A stretch of 64,000 bases of DNA, from the NCBI GenBank assembly GCA_030704615.1, contig CM060732.1, forward strand, positions 18,228,001 through 18,292,000, in the 5' to 3' direction. This document shows, in pieces, positions 49,101 through 61,046 of the stretch. The stretch comes from Takakia lepidozioides. Lineage: Eukaryota > Plantae > Bryophyta. The position numbers and the translations under genes are program-made. Each line of letters starts with the position of its first letter. Positions within the stretch are counted from its first letter, which is position 1. Under the pieces are notes generated by a model. That model worked only from the letters and a program-made list of their open reading frames with translations, made no database searches and had not been told where the DNA came from.

Positions 49101-52100
49101 ATCATAACCACTACAACTTCATGTTTGATACTCTCAATTGTCCTAGTCCTGTATATGCCCCCTTGCGCAGTCCTGAACAGTTGTAATATATGTAGTTTCG
49201 AGCTGTTTCAATTTTCTGCATCAAGCCATGCAGAGTTGAAGTCTTTGCGGATTGATTCCCAAAACTGAAGGCATCACACGCAAACTTTGTGAGGCACCTC
49301 AATGAGGTAATCTGCTTACATGGAATGGCTGATTGCCAAGGTAGCTGATTCCATGTGATACTTCCGTAGAGGTAACCTCAGAAGTGTCATCTCACCCCAA
49401 ATCTACTTAAACCACTCCCAGCCAGTCACAGCCTCTGAATGGATAGAAGTCAGTAATGGGTGTCTCGAGTCTCTCTCTGGATGAATGGGAATATTTCTTT
49501 CTTTTCCTTCACAGTTTTCCTTTTCATGGACAAGCCATCAGCTCAACACTTTACATCGGCTTCTAAATGGCGTGTCGACTTGGCCAATGAAGTAACTACT
49601 TGTACTTAGAGAGACCATGTCCATTTTCAACTAATTAAGTAGCCCCAAATTCTTGCACCATGTAGAAGTAGTGTGAGTAGGAAGAATGTGGCCAAGAGCT
49701 ACATCACATATTTACATCTTCAGGATAGGGAACTGAAATGCTGCACTGCCAGCTTCCAGTTCCTCAAGGTTCCTTGGAGGTAGCCTAACCAGCTGCTGTC
49801 AGAAGCCCCTGAACACCTGACAACCTCTTTGGGTTCGATTATTGTGCTTTGTATGGCTCCACCTTGCAGCTAGCTGGGAATGAGGATCTAATGACTCCAC
49901 AAAACCTCATACACCATACAACTCGACTATCTACTTTAGTGCCTTCAACTTCAAAGAATGTTCTGCTGCTATTCCCTGCCGGTTGCCATAGCCTTACGGA
50001 CATCGACCCCATGGGAAACTAACCATCCCGGAGGACTTTTTGGGTTTGCACCCACCAGAGTATAGCATATCCCCGCAACTCAGCTGCAGGTATTAAACTG
50101 ATTGGACTTCAAAGAATGGCAGTGAGAGAGAAACTATTGAAGTCAGGATATAACAATCAAGAATCCGCAACCAGAGGGGAAAAGGAAAATATAATGTGGA
50201 GGTTTGAGAGGTAGATCTACCATACATTTGGCATGGAAGCAAACTAACCAATGCAATCGGCCTGGAATGATCCAAAGGACAGTTTGAGGTACATGGATCA
50301 CTCAAGTCTTACAACCAAGTTCTATGCTGGTTGGGAAAAGTCATCCCTAAAGCAGCCTGTGATGAGGATACCTACAGAGGGGCTCTCGTCGTCTTCTTGG
50401 AGTGATTGCATAAGTGTGCGCTTGAAAGTCTCCAGCTGTCAAGGAAAAACAGAGCCACAACACACAGGCAGTAAGATCATGCAATCATTTCAAGTCAATA
50501 CCAACATATATATTTTTCAGGGCAAGGAGATTTGCTTCACCATGAATGACACTGAACATTGTGGTAGGTAAACCCTTCACTCTATGACCCAGCAGCCATG
50601 ATGTGTCCATACAAGGCAGTAACACTCAAGGAAAACCCCAACAGATATTACTCAACCATTAGCTGGTTACCCTTATTCCGGGAAGCAGAAAGTTGAGGAT
50701 CATTCTCTGAGGGTTGTGACAACAAGGGGTCCTGCATCAATACCTAGTTTCGAGTAGCTGCCTCTCCTAAATTTTGAAACAAGCATCAGCCATGGTCACA
50801 AAAGCTTGATTGTCCATTTTCCTCAAAGACATCAAATGCTGTATTGCTCTCAGCTGAACAAGTTTGTTTGAGGGTGCTATGCAGACTCTTCACGACAGAC
50901 GTGAACTGTAAAATGATTTGATAAGAATAGTTGAACATCATTGGGTCAACAAGGATGAACAGAATCAAAATAGAACCTTCCTCCAAGTCTGAGCCCTGCA
51001 TATACTAAAAGTCAAGTAAAATCTGAGGCGCAATCATCATTCTTCAGAGGCTTCACGTTGAGACAGTAACAAATTTGTTCTATAATTGTTGTGAGGTGAA
51101 GTCATAGTACAACACTGACAGATTCTCCAAGTATGGTATGGTCCAAGGCAAGTTCCTCGGGCATATCCAATCACTCAGACAGCCCTCTGCACCCCAGACA
51201 CTCCAGCAAGTATCAAAATATATCACCAACTTGTACACTCACCTTAGCAACATCGCGCATGAGCTTCTTCACCTGTGCTGCTAGCACAGTCCTCTCACTG
51301 GACAGCTTTGCCTGGAAAATATAATCGAAAGCCAAAGTGTCAGAGGAGTAGGAGAACCCAACTAGGACAAGAACAGCAAACAGAAATGCCAAGAGTGGTG
51401 AAAGTAAATTCACATGGATAACAGCCCAAGGACTACAGGATCTTCACATTGATTGTAGGGTCCCTTGCTGGAAGGATGAAGTGAGCACAACCTAAAGAGC
51501 ATAATTGGGATGGACAAGACCACATAGATATCTCGCATTCAGATACGGAATGATACAGACAAGACACTAACCTACAAATGCACGAAGACAGTAATGCTGG
51601 AAATACTTTTAGTGCGACGTTGCGGGGTTTGCAGGTTAAATATAACGAATAGAAGTGTCAAAGAAAAGGACGGTGAAAATATATACAGACAAACCTATAA
51701 ACACACAGAGAAAAGCAAGGTCGAGTTTTGATGTTGATGGACGTGAACAAATTAACATGACAGACAAGTATAGGGGATGCATTGGATACACTGTTGCCAA
51801 GGCGGTCCAACACACAAGTAGGAAAGAAGGAACCACCGACGAGCGACCTTGCCCTAACACAAATCAAACGAACAAGAAGAGGCTAAGGTCAATCGTAAGG
51901 ACGCAGGAGAACACAAAAACGGAGTGGACCAGAGAAGAACCACAGCCAACCTGATCATCCAATGCGTGGGAGAGCCGCGCGGTCGTCTCTTGCAAAGTGG
52001 TCTCCGCCTCCATCACACGCTCCTGCAAGCCATAGATAATATGCTCCTTCTCCGTCAGCTTCTGCCGCAGCTTTCCGGTCTCCGACTCCAGCTTGGAGAC

Positions 52101-52220
52101 GCGGGAGGCCACGGCCATAGCCGTGATCCGGCGCGCCACATCCAGCTGCTCATACGGATCCGACGGCAACACCGACAACACCTCCTGCGGGAGCTCAAAT
52201 TCCCCTCCCCCGTTTGCCAT
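46129..52220 (-). CDS. At4g15545-like (NAIP-family) coiled-coil protein, multi-exon
   Basis: Exons approx. 52220-51951, 51311-51243, 50435-50372, 48710-48581, 48110-47860, 47571-47526, 46792-46714, 46224-46129. Motifs LPSDPYEQLDVARRIT, RDVAKLETFKRTLMQSL, RVDGKEFFRQARNRLSYEQFSAFLANIKELNAHRQTREETL..A...FG.ENKDLY. Middle exon borders are uncertain. Confidence 0.88.
47128..47194. repeat. Two overlapping perfect hairpins in an intron
   Basis: ctgtttgcagagaa/ttctctgcaaacag (14-bp stem) and acaggttgacgctacca/tggtagcgtcaacctgt (17-bp stem, 3-nt loop). Confidence 0.9.
49110..49700 (-). mobile_element. Possible degenerate LINE C-terminal fragment in an intron
   Basis: LGQLRVSNMKL resembles the GQLRVSSHxL motif of LINE ORF2 tails; otherwise heavily decayed. 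Confidence 0.35.
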
Positions 52221-53700
52221 CGCCACGTGATTTATCCCGTTCTTGCTCATTCCCAACCCCTACCCCGCTCTCTCCACCCCTTCCCTTCTTTCTCTTTCCT
52301 CCCCCACTCAACCCCCTCTATCCCTTCCCTCCCCCTTCCCGTCTCTCCCCAATCAAACAGCGTCGTGCAGCCCTATCGGCCCACTCCCCTCCCTTCCTCT
52401 GAGATGCTCACGCACAGACAGAAACACGCACCCGCTGATTCACATTCCCGCATCTCGCTCTCTCTCTCGCTCGCTCGTCTCTCCTCGTCTCCGTCCTCAC
52501 CATCTCCACCTTCCCAGGAGCCCCCACGCATAATATTTTTCGAGCCACCGCACCCGTCCGATCCATCCGATACCGGTAGATCCCGGTTCCCATCCTGCCC
52601 GCCGGCTCTGCCGGTATCCTCAGTGTCGACGGGAAGCCGGCATCCCTGGAGCACCGGGCCTTCCAGTCCTGCAGAACCAATCACCGGGCGGGACCGGTCA
52701 TTGCCGGTACACCCTTCCATCCAACAGCCAATGTGAACGGGGCCTGATTTTAGCGCGCTGCACGGATTTGAATTACCCACAGCGACCGTCCGATCGGGGC
52801 CCGGGTGGCCTCACCCGCTGCCCGTCGCTGGCCGCCGGTCGACCCGAGGTTGTCGTCACGGGTGCGGCGGGTAACCGGTGGTGGATGGATGGATGTCGGC
52901 CTCACATACCATGTGGCCATTTGCAGCTATACCTCTGTCCAGCCAATTGCGTGGGCCGGCATCGGACCAAAAGAATGCTGGGTTCAAATCCTGACCGCGT
53001 CGTTTCCTGGGCAGATAAACATTCTCCTATCAGAAATATTTATGACGGACGGAGAACAGTTTTTTCATCCAGTCAGTGATAATGCGCATGCCAGCTCACC
53101 CTACACCATTATACATCCCGGAAGCCTCGGAAAATTGAAGCCCAAGTCACCGGGAATACGCACCGCAAAACTACACCGGCTTGTGTTTCGCGGCGACCGA
53201 GACTTTAGGCCGCCAAGCGTCGCACTCGGGATTCGAAACTCCGATTGGGTTTCCAGATAACCGCGGTTAGTTTCTAGCCCTAAATTCTCCTTATGGGAAC
53301 CCTTTTAAGGGGGCCCAGAAACTTAATGAACGAGCAGTGGGGCTTATTTTTATGGTAATAAAAAGGGTGGACTAACTAGAGTTGGTGTAGGTAACCAGGG
53401 TTAGCAGGCAGGATCGTGCGAGCGAGGTGAGTCGGGTGTTGTTCGTCTTCTTCTTCGCAACGAGCGCATATCGTCGCTCTGCTCGACTCGCTCTGCTTCC
53501 CATCACGCAAGAGAAGCCGCATTTGTACTCAATCTGTGTAGCGGTGCACCGGCGAACGGAATTGTGCAGGGATTCTTTGGGCTACCTATTGTATGTGAGG
53601 AATTCTGTCTCTTTGAAAGAGCGAAAGAGCGTTGGAAGGGTTGTGATAAGCGAGGGGCGGGACGCACCTTTGGGCCGCGTGATTTGGAAGTTTGGAGAGC
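52221..53700. promoter_or_regulatory. Divergent promoter and 5'UTR region between the At4g15545-like gene and RabD
   Basis: Start codons are 1.48 kb apart head-to-head; the interval is GC/CpG-rich with purine/pyrimidine-rich leader tracts. Confidence 0.55.
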
Positions 53701-56700
53701 ATGAATCCGGAGTAGTAAGCCCCTGTTTTTCTCCGTTTCTGTTCGGATCTCTTGTCTTCACTGAGGTTGCTGACCGGGATCTTTGGCCGTCCGAGGAGGA
53801 GTTCGCCGTTCTGTCCCTTGCGATGTCTTTGTCTTTGTCTGCCTCTCTCTCTCTCTCCACTTTGCATCCTTCGTTTCTCTTGATGTGGTCGTTAGGTTGC
53901 TTGTGGAAATTCAGCTGTGTTCTCTAATCCTTCTGCATAATGCTCGCCCCTCACATGCAACGTTGGGAGAGAACTGACACTTCGTGCCACACATCATCCC
54001 TGCTTAGAGAGCATAATCTCTTTCATTTAACAGCCGTTTTGGTGACAAAGTTCACCCCAGATCTCAGAAAGCCTCATGGTAAGCACGGGCGTGGCAAACT
54101 TTTGTTACAGTGGCAAGTCTAAGCAAGAAGCTCTACCTTAACATCCTATCCACAACTTGCAGTGACCCGAGTACTTGATCTGAGAGATTGCAAAGTCGTC
54201 AACCGCCTTCGAGGACGAGGTGGAGAGTACGGGGATTCAGTATAAGGGAAGGAAGGAAGGGGTAATTTAGGGTTTCAGAGAGTAGCAGATGTTGCGGATG
54301 TCATGCTCTGTCACGCCGCTCCCCCAATCTGATATCCTTTCAAGTCCATCCCTGTTGAGAGAAAAGCAGGTTAACGAGAAATCGTGATGATTATGAAAGT
54401 TGGTTGGAGCTTTTCTAACCACACTTATAATCGATGAGTAGAGTTGCATCGCACATTACTGAGGGGAGATGGTAGCTGTAGTAGTTGCTAAGTTGGAGAG
54501 TATTAACTAACGGCCACTCTACACACGCCCAAGAGTTATGCCCGATTTGAGGTGGAAGGTCAGGATTGGTTGAAACACATCAAATCGGGTCGAATGCAAG
54601 TGTAAAACCAGCAGAGTTTCATTTGAAGTTGGCATTCAGGTGGCGCATAGGTACTGTAATCCACGTAGCATGGAGCACTTCCTACATCATGGGCAAGTGC
54701 CCTCTTGGGTACCAGAGCAAAGGAAGAAGTATGATGCAGTTAATGCACCTGCTAACTACTCTTGTTTATGTGGTTAGTGCAAGAGGAGTAACGAGGAGAG
54801 GAAGAAAGTCAAGGGTGAGCACCATGTAAATTATATTGTAATAGAATCTGGAAAAACCTACTTTACATTGCAAAAAATTTGGTAGTCCAGCTGATTTATG
54901 TCACACCCAAGAGGTCCAAAGGGGCGGGCGCGTTTGGGCCAAGTGTAAAGAGGTGCTAAGTGTGAGTATTGTGACCCGTCCAACTATTGGAGGTTCACTA
55001 GCACATTGCCGCTGTAAGATTGTTACGGAAGAACAGAAAGGCTTTCATCAGAATTGAGGCCACTGAAAGTCATTAGAGCACTGGGAACACTTTGCCAGCA
55101 GCCAATTTGCTTGGTGATGTCTTTTTGGAAGGGACAGAGCACGGTAGAAATCCTCAACATTGCGCAGGAGACCTATGCAGGAAGGTTTTGCATGCCTGTA
55201 CCAAAATGCGTTAGTTCAAGTATTTCAGTCCTTAGCAGTCAGACTGAGATCTTTGTGAACTTTCCTATTTGTTTTCTTATTCAATGATAAGAAGGAGAGA
55301 GGGGTTAGGTGGAGGAAATGTATTATGCATGTCTTCCAAGAGAACTTGATTGTAGGGTTTGTACCTTACATTTGAGACAGTGTACGAAGATAGAAGCTGG
55401 TATTGGCCATTCGAGTTCTACCAGCACAATTCTGACTCGTCATCCCCTTCTTTTGTGCAGTCTACCATTCCACCCCTTTTATGGGGTGCATGAGAGAGTA
55501 GGGTATATAAGGGCAGAGGAACATTGAAATCATACCTTACGAAGGGTGCCAAATTGAAATCACTTACATCTGAGGGCCCTTGCTAGGACGCCCCTTGGAT
55601 GTCAGTTGTTGTAAGAAATGCCTCATTGTAACCTTTACTACAGTCAATTACATGTCTTTGCAACACTGACCAGCATATCACCATTATTACCATGCCATCC
55701 AGACCATGTGCATTGTAGCATCTCATGTGTATTGGGAGCTGTATGTCAATGACACTCCGGGCTAATACAGCTGAGGTAGATGTTATTATGTCACTGGGCT
55801 GCCAGAGGAAGTTCCAGTTTGCAATGGCTAGTCATTAAGAGAGCATGGAATTTACATTTATATTTAATCAAGATGTGGTGACAGTATAGTTTCTCCCATA
55901 CGATTCCTCTGCACTGTGTTAAGGCATCCTTTTCACTTGAATGTCTAGTGAACAGAAAGTGGGATGTGCTAGAGTGGGGTATAAATTGTGGCAGCCAGAA
56001 GCGTGCGTCAATGCAGACCTTAACGATGGGTTGCTATTGTCATGGGGAAAGGAATGCAGAGGGAAAAGCAGTTAAAGCCTAAAAAGGCATGAACTCTTTA
56101 AAGCACAGCAGAGTGGAAAGCATAATCAGCCTTACGGACATGCAAGTGGTGGTGGTCCGAATGGCTGTGTTTCTTTTTTATGAGACGATGAACCACTTCC
56201 TACCTTGTTTAAATGTAGGGGACGGCCTACATGGTCTGTACCTTCTTGAATTGCTTAGAGCTATGTATTTTATGGGATTGATTCATAGCTAATGCATGAA
56301 TTGGTTGATGGCAGTGATTACCTCTTCAAGCTACTGCTGATTGGGGACTCAGGTGTCGGAAAGTCATGCCTTTTACTCCGGTTTGCTGTAAGCTCCTGAT
56401 CTTTATTTCTGGTCAATAATCAAAGTAAAATTAATCACAAACTCAGAAGTATTTTTGGGGTCTGCTGCCATACTGTTGTACAATTGCAAAACGTACAGCC
56501 TAGATCTATGTTCGTTATATTATGCTTATGGACGATGGTTGTCTGCTGGCGCAGGATGACTCCTACTTGGAGAGCTATATCAGTACTATCGGTGTCGATT
56601 TTGTAAGTCTCTTCGTGTATTGTAGTCATTGGATGCGGTTCTTGGTTCTTCCATTTGAAACCCTTACAACGCAATCTGATCTGGCCCCACAGCAAACTTG

Positions 56701-58497
56701 ACCAGACATTCGGATGTTCCTTGCAATATGTGGCTCATTGTTTAGTTGATGAGCTCTCTTGCTCTTTCATCTTGCACTTGTTTGGGCCACATTCACTTTA
56801 TTTGTTCCAACTCTAGTGAGAATAGTTTGGGAACTTTCTCTAGAGTATCTTCCAATAAAATTTTGACATCACATGCAGAAAATACGGACAGTGGAGCTGG
56901 ATGGGAAGACGATTAAACTTCAGATCGTATGTATCCCTACCTCAGTCATCTCCCATGTTGTACCTTTCTGAACTGGGCTGTATGAAATTAGCTGTCATGG
57001 CGACTTTGCTGTCTTTCTCTGCACAATCATTTGTAAGTGCCTCTCTCTCCCTCTCTCCTCCAGGCATTTGAACGATTAGGGGTCATAGCCTGAGAAGACT
57101 GGCAGTTTGGATCAGCTGCAAGGTCTAAGAAGTTGTGGGTGTTATATGTCGGCAGTGGGACACAGCAGGCCAAGAGCGATTCAGGACCATTACCAGTAGC
57201 TACTATCGAGGTGCTCATGGAATCATCGTAAGTATGCTAATTCCTTCTTACCAGTGCTGGGTGCTACATTAATCTCTTGACTACACTGGAATAGGTTGCT
57301 GCTAAGAGCAGTTGATACCTGGAAGCTGTGTACAGCAGCTATGTACTTCATTAGTTGGACAGCTCTGTCGCAATGCTAGATATGCAGATCCTCTCTTGGG
57401 ATTGTGGACGTTGGTGGTCAGAATGTTGTGAACGGTGTTATTTTTCACCTGCATATATGAGCAAGGTGCCGTGCAACACTGGTAGGCCAAGAGATAGGTT
57501 TGGAATGAAAGGGGAACAATTGTTTTCTGAAGGTCAATGCTCAAAATCTCACAATTTGCCAAACTTTTGAGCAGGTGGTATACGACGTTACAGATGCAGA
57601 AAGCTTCAACAATGTGAAGCAGTGGCTGAATGAGATTGACCGCTATGCCAGTGAAAATGTAAACAAGCTGTTGGTTGGCAACAAGTCTGATCTTGTCAAC
57701 AAAAAGGTGGTGGACACCCAGACTGCTAAGGTGATTTTTGAACTGAGCCCTGAGTCCAGAATGCAAAAATGGAGGACAAACAAATATTAGCCGATTGGCT
57801 GGATCACTCTGTAGTGCATCACCACCAAGTAGGGGGTCTCATGAGGTTTGTGTGAATGAGATCTCCCTAGACACCAGATGAAGCCTCTCCTTTACTTTCC
57901 TCTTGGAAGAGGTGGAATACTCTGTCATTATAGAAGTCAAAGGAGGCTAAAGTCTAATTGTGCACTGGATATCACCATGAGTGCTCACTTCCAGCCTACA
58001 TCATGTGGTAATTTGACCAAGGTGGGATGCATCAATGCAATGAATGAGAGAAGGGATGTGACCATGGACCTTACACTGCAGGCGTTTGCGGATGAGGTTG
58101 GCATCCCTTTCCTGGAGACCAGTGCAAAGAACGCCAACAATGTTGAGCAGGCTTTCATGACCATGGCTGCCGAAATTAAGAACAGGTGTGTTGCCATCAC
58201 CCACTTGAGCCCACTTTGGAGGAAATCAATTTCCCTCTTTCTGTATCTCTTTCTCACTTGTATCGTTTCTTTCAGCTGTCCTTTGTGCACTGTCAAACCC
58301 AGCTAGAGCTGGAGCTTAGAAGTAAGAATCATTAGTTGCATGTTTGTAGTGTAGGTGATCTTTGAACCTCGGATTTGTGACATGAAGTGTGTTGGGGGAG
58401 CAGGATGGCCAGCCAACCAGCACTGAATAGCAGTAAGCCCAACACTGTGCAGATGAAGGGCCAGGCCATTGCACAGAAATCAAGCTGCTGTTCTTGA
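53701..58497 (+). CDS. RABD2: Ras-related GTPase Rab1/RabD2
   Basis: Exons 53701-53714, 56315-56387, 56555-56602, 56879-56926, 57156-57227, 57575-57730, 58082-58185 and 58404-58497 give [22 protein letters not shown]...TIGVDF...WDTAGQERF...GNKSD...ETSAK...KSSCCS. Confidence 0.97.
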
Positions 58498-61046
58498 TTG
58501 GGTATGTCTTGAAACATTTTAATGTTACCTGGATGGATGTGTTCTGCAGCCGGGTGCCAGAGTTGTGTTACTATGTGCATGGTTTGGTGGTTTATAGGGC
58601 ATTCTAGAGCTCCAAGAAAGTTTTGCTAAATGGTGGGGGTGTGACACCTAGGCTAACTGCACTATAAGTCATGTAGCAGGCATTTCAACCTGTGAGAACA
58701 CAGGCCTCGTTTGTGATGTAATGCTTGATTGGGGGTCGGTTTCTTTTCATAGTTTTCTTTTCTATTTGCATGCTGTGTAGGCGCCGGTTTTCCAGGCTCC
58801 CAGGAACCTTTGCTGAAGCGGTGCATACTACATGGAAGTTGTAGGAGGCATTTCACCACATAAACAATCAGGCACTGGTTAGAGATGTGAGTTTGACAGA
58901 GCGAAAACAGGGTGTTGTTGCAGGCAGCAAGAAACAGTGGTGAAGGTGTGACAAGGCAGAGTGGCACATTGGAGGGGGCTTCAGTATTTGGTGTAGAAAT
59001 TTGATGACTGGGCCGGAGAAATGTCATTAGCTGCAACAAACTGGGTGTCCAGAACCACCACATAGTCATAGGATTGTGCTGCTCTAGGATTCAACTGTAA
59101 TGTCCCAGATATTTTTAAGAGAATTGTACTGGGGTAGACTTTTTCTGTGTTTCTAGCTCAATATTTTGAGTCTGTGGATAGAGTGATCTACAATTATTTT
59201 TCAGCTAACCGAGAATGTTCTCGATGGTTGGATCATGGTATGTCTGCACCCCCTGTTGGGAACTGATGAAGTCAGTGGGGAGTTATAACAGCTGGTCACA
59301 GTCAGCCAGGATTTAGTTGATTTGTCTCAACACTCTTAGAATGACTCCCTAAGCTATGAGACAGCATTCTTTCGGGTTCCTTCCTTTTTGTATTGTTTCT
59401 TCTTCCACGTGACTTTCCTTGATGTTTTGTCCTGGTATGTTTCCTGTCATTTTTTAAACCTCTTGTTTTACCTTCCGCATCTTATGTGACTGTTGGTTAC
59501 CTGTTACCTCTTCAAAGTGAGTCCAGAGTTTATCATTATCTCACATGATTGCGGTGACTACCTGCATTGGTTTTGTGATCCTCGCACAGGAACTTGTTCA
59601 GCACATTCCATCTTATCATGTGTCCAAGTGTAGAGTGTCGACTATAACTCAGAATATTGTACCTGCCAAGTTTGCTTTCTTTTAGACAGCTGGATTCTAA
59701 TGAACCCTTGAGATATATCTCTGTCGCCAACAAAGCAGCCATTTGCTCTCCCTACTATTCCCTCAGGATGGAACCACTTGCTGTTGTGACTGAACTGAAC
59801 TTATTCAGATTTTATGATTGTCAATGATGACAGTGTTGCTTTGACATTTTGCAAGTGATGGCTTGCCAGGTTGAGTATGTTGCACTGGTGTGCTCTGGCT
59901 TTGTTTGTAGAACGGAATAAGTGAAGGCTGCGCATGTGTATTCAATGTAACCAACACTTGCGACAGGTTGCTGGACAACATTGGCAAGACATTTGGTGGC
60001 TCGGCATGCCAATGGGTTTGACTCCCACTTGGACAGTGCACTGATCTTGCATTGCATTCATCACTTTGCAAAAAGCCCTCCCTTAGTCCTCCCTCTTGTA
60101 TCTGGTAGGACTTGAGGCAAATTTCTAAGATTTGGACATTTCTTCTTTGCAACATTTAGCTGAACTTCAATAAAAAATGTGGTGGGCTCCCAAATGTGTC
60201 CACTGACTACATTTGGTGAGAGAGAGCCTGTGCTGGGGTTCGGCACACCTTTTTTTTTTGTTGTTGTAGCTATTTCTGATTTAGAAAAGTTTATAGCGTG
60301 ATGGTATGCAAATTTGACAATCTGGCCATAGTTGGGCACGGCTAATTGGATGGCAATAGAGGAACAGCAAGCAAAATTGTTCACACTGGATCACTTATAG
60401 AAGACGGCCCATGAAATCTGCATATTTTGAGGTGAAATTTTGCACACTGATGCTTGACTTGATTATGGACTGTAATTCATTCCCGCTTTCCCATGCTATT
60501 TGGAGAACTTCTGTGTGATTTATTTTGCCATATGTACAGCATGCAATTGAGGGAGACAAAGTCTCTTGATTTCACCATTGGTCCGTGATCGAATTTATAA
60601 TCTTGGAGATCCAATGGTGCATTGTGCATTCCAGTTTTTTGGTGGGCACAACTGGTTGGTCCCCAAAACTTAGGTGAAGCCAAAGGTGGGGGAGCTAAAT
60701 ATATGGTAAAATTTGCAAGATTGAATCCAAGTAGGTACATTTTCAGAATTTGTTTTTGGTTTGCTTGTTTTTCCCCCTTTGCATGTTCACATGATTCATG
60801 TGGCTTGAGTCACTGGGAGCAATGATCAATGAACAAAGAAGTTTGCTTGATCTCAGAGCGGTTTAGGTTTTAGAGTGGGGCTCAATTTGGTCTGGTTTAC
60901 TGTGAATGAGCCTCAGCCAGGTTGAGAGAGGGAGAGACTGGGCGAGCTTGATAAAGAGACGACGAAAGTTTGAACTTGTTGCAGAAAGATCCCCATTGGA
61001 AGTGGGGAAAGCAGAGGAATAAGCAGGTTACCTTTGAACTGGCGAG

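Noticed and set aside
50786-50910. Extra exon of the At4g15545-like gene
   Set aside because: It ends in a stop, and the conserved RDVAK-LETFK joins without it.
51924-53260. Overlapping ORFs such as 51924-52736 (270 aa)
   Set aside because: Antisense shadows of exon 1 and GC-rich UTR/promoter DNA with no recognisable domains.
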